Made by a program: the position numbers and the translations under genes. This document shows, piece by piece, positions 1 through 16,320 of a DNA stretch of 64,000 bases (the stretch's first letter is position 1; each line of letters opens with the position of its first letter). This DNA comes from the human T2T-CHM13v2.0 reference genome, Homo sapiens: the NCBI RefSeq assembly GCF_009914755.1, contig NC_060934.1. One strand, written 5' to 3'. The notes beneath the pieces are model-generated. The model saw only the letters and a list, made by a program, of their open reading frames with translations, made no database searches and was not told the DNA's origin.

Positions 1-1184
1 ACTTAGCATCAAACAAGTAGTCTAGTCAGATTTACAACCACTCACGGGTTAAATTCATCCACAGCACTTCCTACAAATCCTTAATTAACACAAGGACAGA
101 GAGATACAAACATCAGTTATGCACTTTGACAATTTAATCTAATTTAAATTTTTCAGTGGCTTTTAAAGTAGTAATGACATTATTCATTTAAACAATAAGA
201 TAAAAATAGGAAGATCTGAAACCAGCAGCTACAGCTGGACGTGAAGCTATCAATATTGTACCAAGAAGCTTTGCACAATAGATGTGACATGAACAATTTC
301 AAAATTATCCTCCAGCCATCTGTCCTCAGAATCGTGAGATGTAATTGTTGTAGGCTCTAGCTAGCAAGCATGATTAGTTCACTACGAGGAACGTGTCCTT
401 GTATCCTATATCCAACAAAAGAGAATCTAGTTTTGTCAATGGGATAATGACTGCTCATGGGCAGGTTAAGGAACAAAACCAACTGTCTTCCATTCACTAG
501 GCAGCTTTCTTCCTGTGGGGTAATCGAATATTCTGCTCTCTCACCTCTGCCTCCCAGTGTCCATCTGCAACCACCCTGAACCACATTTGAGTCTGTTATC
601 CACAGTTCTTAGTGAAAAGGGAATGAGTTTTAGGAACAGCCTTCCAAAAATTGCATTTTATGCTGCTGGAATATCACTGACCATAAAGGTAAATCGAAAT
701 TTACCCTGCTAAAGTTAGTACTACAAGTGTGGTTGAAGTTTGCCACCATAATGATCACAGGTTTATATTCAACAAGTCATACGGTGATGTTTCCATTATT
801 GGCAAATGAGATATCCTTTAAGAGGACTTAATTCATTAGGATTTTAAATACTTCTGTTTTGAATCAAAATCTTGCTCGTTTTGAAAGTTTCTAGACAACA
901 AGAAAGAAAACTGGTCTCTTTGACAATTTTACCAAAAAACCGCTACAAATTTTATTTCATGGAATTTATAGAAATAAGATATAAAAATCATAGGGGTTTA
1001 ATTTTTACAAAGACTACAGAGATTATATTCATTTTCATAAGAAACAAAATTCTGAGTCTTAAGAATAATGATTTACACACTCTTGCAGCTGTGGGGTGGC
1101 AGACCATGTGGCGTGACCTCCCCTGTTCTCAGACGCAGCGATTTCCAAGCTAAAGAACAGAGATGCTGCAGTTAAAGAAGAGCT

Positions 1185-1275
1185 AAAGTCCTGCTCCAGA
1201 ACTTGCTGGCTGTTTGACTTCAGGGCAAATTAACCTCTCTGAACTTCAATTTCCTCAATTGTAAAAAAGATGCAC
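1185..1275 (+). mobile_element. MIR SINE core fragment
   Basis: acttgctggctgtttgacttcagggcaaattaacctctctgaacttcaatttcctcaattgtaaaa resembles the MIR core. Confidence 0.7.
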
Positions 1276-1861
1276 TCAAATGTTAATTGCTCAATTCCTA
1301 CTCTTCACTTTTCTAATAATACTGAATATGAAACACTTCAACTGGTAGAGACTTAATTACATTTTCAGTATATATTATTATCTCCAAATAAAAATGTTAA
1401 CAAAACCATCTAAAAATAAACACTCACTAAGGTTATTGATATTCAAATCTAAACTCATCAAATTTTCCAAAGTCCTGTTCATGCTAAGTAAAAGTATTAA
1501 AAAATATTTAATGCCAGATGAACTGTATTTTACAAATCTAAGAAATAACTTTATTTTCCTTCAGAAGCAAATCACTGTGGCACTCTCCTGAGTAAGCAGA
1601 CAGCAGACAACATTAGCCAAATACAACATGAGAAAAATTGTATTGCATTAAGGTTCAAACATCAACATGTGGAAATTGTAGAGAAACGCAAAATCATTCA
1701 ACAGAATAATGAGGGTTTGGGGAGGAAATGTTCATGTTACCACAGGACATTTACTATAGGATAATTTACAGTGGATATTTAATTTGGGTTTGATTTTTAA
1801 ATATTTTTAAATTATGAGGGAGAAATTATTCACAAAGTAAATTTGCAATGCTTAAATATAA

Positions 1862-2180
<319 letters not shown>

Positions 2181-3069
2181 CCTACTAGTGACTAATTTTA
2201 TTAAAAAGTGGACATAAGTCAGCATGACTAAAGGATATCAAAACTTATTTTTGAAAAAATCTAACCTCAGGAAAAAAACGCTAAAGTCATTCACAATGAA
2301 GATTAAAGAATGAAGATTAAATGACCATTAGTTATGCAAGATTTTTCTTCCTACTCAAGCAAAAAAAAAAAAAAACAGATTACATTATAAATATTTCTCA
2401 TTTTGTTATTAAAAGCTGTATATAAAGAATAGGTGATTCCAATGTTATCGTAAGACTTTTTTATTTCCCTCAAACAGAGACAAATATTAGGCTCAGACAA
2501 AATTTTCTCAAAATAGAAAACTTAACATAGTACATCTATCTAATCCTATAATAAGTAAAGAAGTTTTAGTTTTGAATTATAAAAGTTGCTTACTCTCCCA
2601 GTTCTGGCCAAAATACTCAAATACATATATTTCAATTTCTACCCATTGTTGGAGTTATTTTTTCAATGCGATACAGCAAACTCTGTGGTTTTCCAACTGT
2701 GCTTGGCAATGTGTGTCTTCTTACTTCTGAAGGTTGGGGTACCAAGGACTTTTCAGGAAAAATCAAGATGTATAGACTGTTTTTGTTTCCATTGAGAATT
2801 CTAATAGTTAATTATTGAGTTCCAAATTGTGAGAGGCACACTAATATATTCTTACTAGATGAAGTTAAAATTGCCACTCCCCTTTGGATATTAAAATGTT
2901 CAATTCTGGGATTCCATGAAAGATAACACAGAATAGACTTTTCAAAATTTTTTACCCTAATGCTGCAGTGAGCCAACTGAGTTGCCAAATTCAAACTGCC
3001 AAGTGGGACTTAGGAGCTGTGGCCTGGTCCCCTCCAATTTAGACTAAAGTTTCGATGCCTTGGGAATCT

Positions 3070-3380
3070 GGGTGCTCTTAAAAATCACGGAGAACTCCAG
3101 AGAGCTTTTGTTCATGTGGGTGAAATCCATGAATACTACATATCAGAAACCGAAAAATAAAATTTTAGAAAAACAATAGAAAAGCACATATTGTCACAAA
3201 CACACTGTCAGACAGATGACACCCCAGCACATGAAGCAGCTACAAGGAAAATGCACTGTACACTCAGGAGGGAACAGGAGTTAAAAGATAAATGACAGCA
3301 TTATTATGAAAATACTTGTGACCTCAGTAAATCCTAAAAGGGTCCTGAGGATCCCAGGTGTCCCTAGACCACATTCTTGT
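3070..3380. mobile_element. hAT-Charlie DNA transposon deletion derivative (Charlie1-like)
   Basis: ctcttaaaaatc..agagcttttgttcatgtggg and cactgtacactc..ttattatgaaaata..gacc acattc resemble recalled Charlie1-family ends. Confidence 0.55.
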
Positions 3381-3494
3381 AAGTGTCAAGTGTTCTGATC
3401 ATCAGGCATATAAAACTACTCTCCTGCAACAACATGTGGAAGGGGCAGAACTACACATATCAAGCACCTATGGTCCTATCTACAGAAATGTTTC

Positions 3495-3804
3495 GACTGG
3501 GCGTAGTAACTCATGCCTGGAATCCCAACTTTGGGAGGCTGAGGAGGGAAGGATTGCTTGAGGCCAGGAGTGCAAGGCCAGCCTGGGCAACATAGCAAGA
3601 CCCTATCTCTACAAAAAATTGTAAAAATTAGCTGGGGGTAGTAGTGCACACACCTGTAGTCTTAGCTACTCAGGAGGCTGAGGCTGGAGGATTACTTGAG
3701 CCCAGGAAGTCACAACTGTGGGGAGCTATGATCACCTCACTGCACTCCAGCCTAGGTGACAGAGGAAGACCCCGTCTTAAAAACAACAAGACAAAACAAA
3801 AAAA
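3495..3804 (+). mobile_element. AluJ
   Basis: Dimeric Alu with J diagnostics (ggaggattgcttgaggccagg, gagctatgatc) and an A-rich tail. Confidence 0.9.
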
Positions 3805-3889
3805 GTATCTTAATTGATAAAATTTTGGCAAAGATTTTATATTTAGAATAAACTTCTTCTTATGCTGCTGATGATAGTAAAAGGATGAT

Positions 3890-3990
3890 GATGATAAGAG
3901 CAGCTAACATTGACATGCATTGTTCTATGTCTGTTACATATATCACTCATTTGGGCTTTACAATCCTGTGAGGAGGATTAACCATTGCAA
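3890..3990 (-). mobile_element. MIR fragment
   Basis: gcagctaacatt..ctcattt..acaatcctgtgagg resembles antisense MIR. Confidence 0.5.
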
Positions 3991-4690
3991 ATCAGATACT
4001 ATAAAACATAAAGTCACAAGGCTTCCTCTTCAGCATGGTGTAGCAAAACTAGCAATAATTCTAAATGTAAAAAATCTTATATATTTGGGAAATAAAGCAA
4101 ACGACACACCAAAGAATTATAAACCAAAGAACAGATGGAATGGAAACTTTTGTTGAAGAATGCAATGACTGATTCAATTAAGAATGCTAATATACCTAGT
4201 AAGGTTGAACCAACAAGTCAAGTTTTGGGAACACTGAGTTGTGAAATTACTCTTTTATTTAAATGCAGGTATTAATATCTGTACCAATTTGATGTTGCAC
4301 CGCTTTCACAAGGTTAGCTATCCAGATAAACAAAACCATTTGTTTTTTGAAAAAAGTTACCTAACAAGCAAAAATAATGTTGGACTCTAGATTTAGTGGG
4401 AGAATACAAATATTATTATGCTCTATCTGGTAAGAAATTATTTGCCTTTGCGTTACCCAAGCAACTAGAATTTCTACAAAAAAAGACATTTTTCAAATTG
4501 TCATAAATATGAACATTTGGAACTATGAATTACTAGATCAAGCAACTATTAACTCTAAATACCTTCTACAAATTCTTTTGTATCTTGAAAATATTACTGA
4601 TGCTATAAGGAAGAAAAAGATTTGTCTCACTAACAAAACTAACCAAGACAGAAATTATTCCAAGATTGTGACTTGAAAAAAGCACAATGA

Positions 4691-4810
4691 GGCTGGGGAA
4701 GTGGCTCACACCTGAAATCCCAGCACTTTAGGAGGCTGACATGGGGGGATCACTTCAGCTTAGGAGTTTGAGACCAGTATGGGCAACACAGTGAGACCCT
4801 GTCTCATTAA
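4691..4810 (+). mobile_element. FLAM (free left Alu monomer)
   Basis: Left monomer only; outer TSD aaaaagcacaatgag / aaaaagcacactgag encloses the FLAM plus the following AluS. Confidence 0.85.
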
Positions 4811-4822
4811 AACCTAAAGAGG

Positions 4823-5122
4823 TGCAGACACGATGGCTCACACCTGTAATCCCAGCACTCTGGGAGGCCGAGGCAAGCGGATCACTCTGAGGTCAGGAGT
4901 TTAAGACCAGCCTGGCCAACATGGTAAAACCCTGTCTCTACCAAAAATACAAAAATTAGCCAGGTGTGGTGGGTGCGCCTGCAGTCCCAGCTACTCAGGA
5001 GGCTGAGAGGGAGGAGAATTGCTTGAACCTGGGAGGCAGCAGTTGCGGTAAGCCGAGATCATATCACTGCACTCCAGCCGGGGTGACAGAGCAAGACTCT
5101 GTCTCAAAAAAAAAAAAAAAAA
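4823..5122 (+). mobile_element. AluS (Sx/Sz) inserted in the FLAM tail
   Basis: Dimeric Alu with poly-A; TSD aaacctaaagagg / aaacttaaagagg. Confidence 0.92.
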
Positions 5123-5531
5123 CTTAAAGAGGAAAAAGCACACTGAGCTCAGATGAACCATTAAGTAGTGACTAAGTTAATTTTTGACTGATCAGCATCA
5201 AAACTAACGGGGGTTTTGTTGCTCTTCATCTGTCATCTCTTACGCAGGCCATATGGCCTGATTTTTTTTTTCTTTCTAAAGCTATAGATAAAACATAACA
5301 ACTAGCTGTGGTATTAAAAGTGATAATGCAATTGTGAAACCTAATAATGAATTTTAACATAAAATCCATTTCGGTGGCAGAATTTTTTAAATAATATCTT
5401 ATTTTCTATTTGTATCCTAAAAAGGTCTCAACGTTGTCTACCTTACATATTTTCTAGGGGACACTGCATACACAGATACTCCAAATTTTGAAGATTTAAA
5501 ATAGCATCTGTACTTAATATCAAGAATTTCA

Positions 5532-5828
<297 letters not shown>

Positions 5829-5865
5829 AGGTAAGAATTTCAAGAATGTATTACAGTCTTCGCTA

Positions 5866-6264
<399 letters not shown>

Positions 6265-7460
6265 CTATACTTGCTTCATGCACACACTCTTCATACAATG
6301 CCACTGTGAAGTATTCAACCAAGAGTTTGTCAAGAGGAGCTCTGCCACCCAGTGGGAGGTGTTTTGACATTGTGAAGGCATTTGTTTCCAGTTTAGTCAT
6401 GCTTGAGCATTTATATATTGGATTGATATTTTTATTATAAGTTATGCCCTTTGTATTTATCTTTTGAGAGCAAATTACCCTATAATACAATACATCCTAT
6501 AATGTTAATATTATAAATTAATATAGTATATTCTATAAGAATTCAGGTACTTTCTTTTTTCTATTTACTTATTATTCATTTATTTGTATTTTCAGTTAGG
6601 TTATATTTTCTAAGAATTTTATTGTAGGATACCAAAAGATTTACAAAATATTGATTATAAAAAGGGGACACTGGACTTATGGGTTAAAAATCATTACTTT
6701 AAACAATCAAAAGCAAATGATTTTAATTATCTTAATTGTGCCAATCCTTCCCAAACTCCTCCCTTGAATTCACAGTTTCACTGACAGACATATCTAGTCT
6801 CTCAGCATTCTGATCTGACCATCACCAAATTTAGACACTTGTCCATAATTCCTGTGTCCTCCAGGCCTCTGAACAAGCAATATAGCAGGATTCACTCCTC
6901 AGTGCTCCTGCTACCAAGAGGAGCATGGAAATCCTCCACATTCACCAGGAATCAAAGACATATGCAAAATCCAAAGTTACATGACTCCAAAATAGTGACC
7001 CATCCCAGTGCATACGCCTGAAAATCATCAAAAACGGCTTTCAGGCCTCACTCAGGCAGTTTAGTTTCCTCAAATGAAAAATGAGGGAGTTAAGCCCAAT
7101 TCACTCTTCTATGGGCTTTATTAAAGTATGACTCAAGTATTTACGGCAGTGTTCCCTTTAGACAGAGAACCACGGAACCAAGATATAGGAGCTCCTTCTC
7201 CCTGTCCCTCAAAAAATACTCTTGGGAAAGAACAATCATAAGCCTGGAGGTCCTCTAAGCACTTTGGAATAAGAAACATTTTCAAAATTGTCAGCAAAAA
7301 CTAAGTTCCTAAGCAGCCATGCAGAAATATCTGCTATTCTGGCACTACTTGCACTAATAATTTTATCCAGAACAGTTTCCACAGGAGTCTTTATTATGAA
7401 CACATTCATAAAGTAGAAAAGATTACTGAAATGGTTCTCCTCCCCTCCCCTGCTCCCCCC

Positions 7461-7599
7461 TTAAAGAGACAGGGTCCTACTCCGTCACCCAGGCTGGACT
7501 GCAGTGGCCCAATCATAGCTCATGCCTGGGCTCAAGCAATCCTCCTGCCTCAACCTCCCAAAGTGCTGGGATTACAAACATAAGCCATCATGCCTGGCC
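7461..7599 (-). mobile_element. Monomeric or internally deleted Alu (FLAM/AluJ)
   Basis: gagacagggtc..caggctggactgcagtgg..ctcaagcaatcctcc..cccaaagtgctgggattaca. Confidence 0.85.
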
Positions 7600-8068
7600 T
7601 TAAATGTACTGTTTCTTAATGAAAGTAAAACAAAATTCTGAGAATGCACAAATTCTTAAACCAGATTCAACATCCCAGAATTTTTATCGTATTATATCTT
7701 ATGTGAGGCTTAATATTACATGATAATGCATTATTCATAATTAAGACCAGTGACTATTAATTTTTAAGTCATCTTATTTAAAGGAAATTGAGATTTCAAC
7801 ACCAAATTTTAATTTGATTTTAAACTCTTGGGACATAATCACAAGGGAGTAGGCTTTATCTATTTTCCTCAAATTGGAAAAATTTGGTAGACACAGAAAT
7901 AATTTGGCTCCTATCTCCTATTTCTGCACATAAAGAGCACACCCCTTAGGATAGGGTTAGCTTCTGTGTAATAAGAAACCCCAGGCCTGACACATGAACT
8001 CATATTTCATATCTCCTAAGTTACAGGAGCAGCACTTTCCAGTGACACTTGTAGAAAATTGGGTATTT

Positions 8069-8434
<366 letters not shown>

Positions 8435-10305
8435 TTAGCCATCTTTCTTTTCTACTGACTCATAAGAACGAGTCAGGGAAATGTGTGTTGCTTCTTCAAG
8501 CTCTGCAGGCAATGGTTATGTGCAGTCTTGAATGAATAAGCAGCAGAATCACTGATGTTTGCCAGAGAAGTACAGGGTAAGCCCTCCCCCACAAAGTCTC
8601 AATCTATTACTTTCAATGGGAATCCATGATAAAGTATAACAAAAGACACTATGCTTAAATATACACATCCACTTAGATGCTGTGGAGGACAAAATCCTAA
8701 ACAACATAATACAGTTCGCTTGCCTCTGGCCTCTCTTCCTCACCCCAATTCTCGCCATCCCGACCTTCCAGAGGGGCTGTCTGCTTGCTTGTGCATTCTC
8801 TCATCAGCAATGTTTGTTTCACCTTTTAAAAGTTGTTAATAGCCAAATCAAGGAATCTTTAAAAATAAATACAAGTCAAATTAAATCACCCATAGAAACA
8901 CACTGCACTCTTTACATGTTAAGGCAAGAAATTTTTGAAGAAGATGATCTGAAAAGAACAGGGACAAAAGAAAAAAAAAAGACAAAAGCTTTTTTTGGAC
9001 CATATAAAATTATAGGTAAGCAGATAACAGCTGGTTTCCATTTCACCCCTCTGCCCACCCCTAATTTAGTGTGTCACCCCCTGACTGCACTAATCAGAAC
9101 TCTATTGAAGGAGATGACTGTGTGAATTTACTGGGAACTAAAGAAATCACTACAGAAACAGTCTCCAACCCAAAGATAATCCTGTAAGCTGACCAGTGTC
9201 AAGATCTGAATATAAAACATACAAAACCAAATTTAGATACCTCTATGATATTTTTAGTTACAGTGGAATGAACATGTCACTGTATAGCTTCTCTGCATCT
9301 AATGCATAAAAATGAAAGGAAATCTGGTTTTCAACATCACACTCCCACTAAAACAACTTGCAATCAATTAACGTCATCAGCAGTAAAACTCAATTTTCTC
9401 CCCTGCGTGTGGGGGTGAACATACAGCACAGATTGATAATTCCCGTTGAGAGTGTGGCTAAGTGTTTCTAAGCAACCTTGCTCCATCATCTTCTCTGACA
9501 AAAACAAGGGAAAGGGTTTGAACTGCAGGCTGATGGAGCTCTGAATACTAATGACTAGGCAAAGAGGAATGGTTCATTACTGACTTCAGGCAGAAAAACA
9601 AAGGAGCAGCTTCGAGCTGTAAATAAATTCTAATTAAAACTTAGCCTGCATTTCATATACCTGAACTCAAGCCTACATATGAAGTTCCCTCAGTGACTGT
9701 CCATTCATGTGAGATGAACTCATTAATACACCTGCAGAGTTTTAGCAAATGATGCATGTGTGTTTTCTGAAATTGCTTGGGGAAAAAAATCTTCCAAATA
9801 TGTCCATTTATATGCTGTAGAATTTGCTTAATCCTCTTAGGAACATTTAAACCGACAACATTCTTAAATTAGCATCTCTGCCCAAGAGACCTTGCACCGA
9901 AGCACAAGCACTGAGCTGCATGATGGCCCCAAATCAAAATTTAGAAATGTTTCAAACCGCTGGACACTCAGCTGAAGGCAACACAGCATAGCAGAATGAA
10001 TCCGATTTGAATGAGAATCGATAATGTGTCTCTGTTCACACACCTTTCCTTCTGTCTAAATCCATCATTCTATCACTATCGTAAAATGAGCACCATATGG
10101 CTCATCTCCTGTCTGTAAAATGGGGATGAAAAAAAATTTCATCACTAACTCCACATGACTACTAGAATATGTGTGGAAGTGTGCACGTGTGCACAGGCAC
10201 ACACGTGGGTACATAGATGGATTCTTTAAATTTTAAGATGAGGGCTTTATGCTGACCAGGCATAGAAATTCTTTATTTAATGCATTAGTCAATGCTAGAA
10301 TAAAC

Positions 10306-10612
10306 TTTTTTTTTTTTTTTTAAACAGACAGGGGTCTCACTCTGTCAACCAAGCTGGAGGGCAGGGGCACAATCAGAGCTCGCTGCAGCTTCAAACTCCT
10401 GGGCTCATGCGATCCTCCTGCCTCGGCCTCCTGAGTAGCTGGGACTACAGGAACATGCCAGCACACCTCACTACATGCGGCTATGTTTTTTTGTTTTCTG
10501 TTGCTCTTTTTTTTTTTCTTTTTTCCTTTGTAGAGACAGTGTCTCAGTATGAACTCCTGGCCTCAAGCAATCCTGCTGCTTCAGCCTCCCCAAAGTGCTG
10601 AGATTAGAGGCT
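10306..10612 (-). mobile_element. AluJ
   Basis: Poly-T followed by antisense Alu with J diagnostics. Confidence 0.88.
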
Positions 10613-10737
10613 AAGATAAGCTTTTTAAAAATGTGATACCTCCTTACAATATTCCAACCAAAACACAGCAAAACTTCGTGCTGAAAAAAATTTTTTTAAG
10701 TTTTTTACCTGAATCATCACATACTGCCATCCTTAAG

Positions 10738-10867
10738 CCCATTTATGCCTAGTGTTCCATTACTGGAACACCAAGCATGCGAGCGTTGTTTATATCCTAC
10801 TGCTCAAAGTCATTGTCAAGGTCTGATTTTCAAAATTCACAAAATTGCAACCTCAGGCATAAATGGG
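10738..10867 (+). mobile_element. MER85 (piggyBac/PGBD3-derived MITE)
   Basis: Perfect 13-bp TIRs CCCATTTATGCCT (10738-10750) and AGGCATAAATGGG (10855-10867); internal palindrome GTTCCA-TTAC-TGGAAC; degenerate TTAA target (ttaag / ttag). Confidence 0.92.
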
Positions 10868-10944
10868 TTAGAACATGCCATTTTTCTTAAATAAGAAAGT
10901 ATTCCCATACCAATGAGCAACAGAATTGTCAAAGAATAAGTTTT

Positions 10945-11150
10945 AAAATAGCAAGAGCAACTAATATTTATTGAGAACATAGTATATGCCAAGCACCACA
11001 GTTGTAATTTCCACACATTAGCTCATTTTAACCTGACAACTCAGAGGTGAGTTCTATTAGCCCATTTTACATATGAAGAAACTGAAGCTGTAGGTGGTCA
11101 AACATCAAGTACTTTGTGGAGCTAGAATTCAAACCCAAGCTCCCTTCTAC
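10945..11150 (-). mobile_element. MIR
   Basis: aatatttattgag..tatgccaagcac..cccattttacatatgaagaaactgaagc..gagctagaattcaaaccca. Confidence 0.8.
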
Positions 11151-11446
11151 AGAGGCCACTGAGCCCTTACCAAGCTATATTCAGTGTTTCCAACTTCTCA
11201 AATACACTCAATCGCTGAGGGAACACATTACCTACTTGTCTAACAGTGAGTTAACTACCAGTCCTTGAATTATACATACTAACTAGACTTTTATGTGGCT
11301 GAAATTTTTAATTTCTTCTTTTATAATTAGTTCAGGTTGAATTTATACCACTTATAGGTAGAGGTGTTGAGGAAGATGGAGGGGAGCTAGATAGCCTAAG
11401 CATATACCTTTTCAAGATATCTGCTTATTCAAAGAGAAAATTATAA

Positions 11447-11744
<298 letters not shown>

Positions 11745-11884
11745 GAAAATTATTAAACCAGTGTAGCAGCATCCTTTTCAATAAACCCCAGCGCCTCTAA
11801 GCACTACCTTGCGTGAGGATGTGCACCTCTGGCTCTGCTGTCAGGTGAGCCCTTCCGTAACGCCCCCTGCCCCTCCCAGGTGCC

Positions 11885-12341
<457 letters not shown>

Positions 12342-12384
12342 AGCCTAGAGCTACCATTTTCACTACAGAAAAAAAAAAAAATAG

Positions 12385-12674
12385 TTTTTGAGATGGAGTC
12401 TTACTCTGTCTCCCAGGCTGGAGTGCAGTGGTGCAATCTCAGCTCACTGAGGTTCATCCACCTCCTGAGTTCAAGCAATTCTCCTGTCTCAGCCTCCTGT
12501 GTAACTGGGATTACAGGTATGTACCACCATGCCTGGATAATTCTTTATATTTTTAGTAGAGATGAGGTTTCACCATGTTGGTCAGGCTAGTCTCAAACTC
12601 CTGACCTCAGGTGATCCACCAACCTCAGCCTCCCAAAGTGCTGAGATTATAAACGTGAGCCACTGTGCCCAGCC
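12385..12674 (-). mobile_element. AluSx
   Basis: Antisense Alu containing cctgacctcaggtgatcc. Confidence 0.9.
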
Positions 12675-12711
12675 AGAAAAGCATTTTAAATTTTCCAATT
12701 ACAGCATGCTT

Positions 12712-13020
<309 letters not shown>

Positions 13021-13575
13021 GCTTGATTGAATCCCAAAAAGCATTTTAATATGTTTACAGAAAACTGTAAGTTATCTATTAACCATAGTTTTTACTAATC
13101 CTGGCTGTGGGCCATAAAACATTTGCCAAAAATTTGGTATCATCTCCCACATTTAAATTTTTAAGCTTGAAACTGTGATCAAGCTTGGTCACGTAAAGAT
13201 TTCCACCATAACTTAAAGAGTAACCACAGATTACAATAGCAGGGCCACTTAGAGACACAACGTATTATTCACCACAACTTCCAAAACTTCAGAACAATGA
13301 CAGCTGCTCACACAAGGAAATGTGTACTATTTGAACTGGCAAGATTTTTAGCTGACTCATAAGGTATGTCCTTCAATCCTCCTTGTCTGACTTACATGGT
13401 CTAACACATTAATCATTTAATTTCTAAAAGAAAATATAAAACATGATCAGTGTGTGAAGTGATATTGTTTTCTTTCCCCCAACGAAATACAGGTATCAAG
13501 CTAAAAATTAGCTTAAGTACTTGAACTCATCGTAAGTAGCCAATGTTAAACATATCTTGATTTAGATTCCTTTAA

Positions 13576-13993
<418 letters not shown>

Positions 13994-15149
13994 TATTTAG
14001 GTTATTTTTCAAAGATTTTTGTTAAAAACCATTGCACAGAGTTATAGAATTTTGGAAGTGAAAGGAAACAGTATTTTAACTCAAGCCCTTGTCTGAAATG
14101 TGAAGATACTAATGCCTCAAGAGACACATCCATTTGCCTGACTCCTACACTGCAAATCTAGAACCAAAATCCAAGTCTTTGAGAACCCAGGACTTGTCAT
14201 CTCTTGGTGTAGAGTTGAACCACAGTGCTGGAGGGGCTGTGAGAGGCAGTCTGGGAAAGAAGGGATTTCATTCGTGGTGGATGAGAAACAGAATCTCACA
14301 ATAACGATATTATGGGCAATCCCTCTTGTGTCTAAAAACTACTATTTAACATGCTTGACAACTGAAACACGCATGAGTTGATTTATTGGCTAACTAAAGG
14401 CATTCTTCACAACACAGCAAGCTGTTTTCACATTAGCTCTACAACTAAAGGAATGTTAAGAATAGGAAGCTGATATTAACTATTTAAAAATTTACGCCAA
14501 GAACCAAAGAATTCCCCGGCAGAAACATAAAGACTTGCTGAAGTTTCATCATGTGAATTTATTGCCAATTCAGTCATCTTAAAAGTTGTGCTATAAAACA
14601 TATTGTCCTTTGCTGTTCCAAATAACATTTGAAATAAATAATAACTTTCTTGACAGTGTTTCTGGAATTTTCTTCCATTCTCCAAAGCCAATTCTTAGAC
14701 CCTTAAAGAAATGATGAGCTGGCATTTTGCCCATCATTCTCTAGGCAATTACTGGTTCCAGTAATGAATAAGGGGGAAAAGAATTCACATAGAAAGCTAT
14801 TCTAGCACCACACTGCTTATATTTCCTCCTGAAGACTTTAGAGATAATGTGAAAATTAAAGACAGTACAGAAACCCAGTGTTAGGATAACTGGTTAGAAA
14901 ATGACTCATGGGAACAAATATGCTCACCAATATCCTCTTGTAGCCACTTGTCCACAAATCACTTCAGGTATCGCTTTTATTGGTCTAAATGAATAAAGCA
15001 GTTCCTCTTATATATATCTCCACATAAAGAATAATTGGTCACAAAATCATAACCATTATAAACCAATTGGTACAGCCCCCAAAGCCATGAACTGGTTGAA
15101 CTGAAGCATTCTCACTATTGATGTGTTATGCGCTATATGTGACACAGAC

Positions 15150-15605
15150 TAAGCAGTGCCTACACCAACATCCACTGTTCTAGTCCTCCTTCATAAGGAA
15201 ATTCTGTGTTAAGCTAGGCAGTCATGTGCTCACCTTGCAGTAAGCTGTTTTCGCATGAGCTTTAAGAAGTTAAAGACAAGAATGCTAATTGTACCTCACA
15301 AAAGCATCCTAAAAGGGAAACCAGGTGCCCTTCTTCTTTCTTCCTTTCTGCTGCCTGGAATATCAGCCTGATGGCTGAAGCTCAGGCAGCTACCCTGAAC
15401 CATGAGGTGATACTGCTAAGAATGATACTTCGGGGAGACAAGTGTCTGGTTCTCTGACACTGGGGTTGTCAATACATACCAGACCTGGACTGCCAACTGC
15501 TTGACTTCTTTCACATATGAGAGAAACAAACTCTTAGCATGTTTAAGCTGTTATTATTGTGAGTACCTGGGATTAAATGTGGTGGTATATAACCCCAACT
15601 AATAA
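15150..15605 (+). mobile_element. MLT1J-like solo LTR (ERVL-MaLR)
   Basis: cttcctttctgctgcctggaa..gatggctgaagctcaggcagc..accatgagg..gagagaaacaaactc..gtttaagc is typical of old MLT1 LTRs. Confidence 0.7.
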
Positions 15606-16263
15606 AGTAAAAAATTTACCAAAATGCACCAACAAATACTGAATAAATATAACAAATGACACGATATAACCATCTAAGTTTTTGGTTTAATGCCATGAAA
15701 TTTAAATCAAATTTAGATATATGCCAGTAAAACAACAAAACACCAGGAAGAAAAAACAAAGTTGTCCTTAAAAATGGACATCTAAGTGTTCTATTCACAA
15801 AAATAGGCTGTCAAGATAGCTGCTACTCTAAGTGTTAGGATCAGAAAGATACATGTGCTCCCTGCTTTTATTAGTATCTCTGGGTTTTAATTTTTGTCTT
15901 TTTGATTTTTTTTTAATTTTTGCCTTTGGAAAAATAAGTGAGACTGCTAGTCAAACCACTTCAAGTGTCACTTTTATTTTTAGAATCACTATCCCTTATT
16001 TACCTCTGCCTTCTTTAATGTTCCATCAATCAGTCCAGCCTTCTAAATTGAGGAAATGAGGCCCAATCAATCTGCCTTTACACAGAGTTAAGAAACAGAC
16101 ATTAAAAAACAGAATGAGGAAACCTTATCTTCCAGAGGTTACTGCACAGATGAAATAAGAGAATATATGTGAATCTACTTTGTAAACACTAAAGTACAAT
16201 ATAAATGACATTAGTATTGATCTTATGTTAAAGTAAGAAAAGAAAACAGACCATTTTCCCTAC

Positions 16264-16320
16264 CGGAAGCAGAATGTTCTTTACAATTTTCTATCAGTTT
16301 AATGCTCCAATTTTTTTTTC
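16264..16320 (-). other. Candidate 57-nt exon of a putative minus-strand host transcript
   Basis: Minus strand: ctaat (branch-like)..ttttttttaatcttcaattttgtAG acceptor and CCG|GTAGGG donor; motif evidence only. Confidence 0.3.

Noticed and set aside
5245-5260. Perfect 16-bp palindrome CAGGCCATATGGCCTG
   Set aside because: About one palindrome with 8-bp arms is expected by chance in 64 kb (64000/4^8).
8682-9125. 147-aa ORF (and similar ORFs at 22376-22810 and 56926-57330)
   Set aside because: No recognisable domain or convincing exon boundaries; lengths are compatible with chance ORFs.
16264-16320. Naming the host gene from the 57-nt exon size
   Set aside because: The sequence and spacing did not match the 5'UTR exons I could recall, so I assigned no gene symbol.
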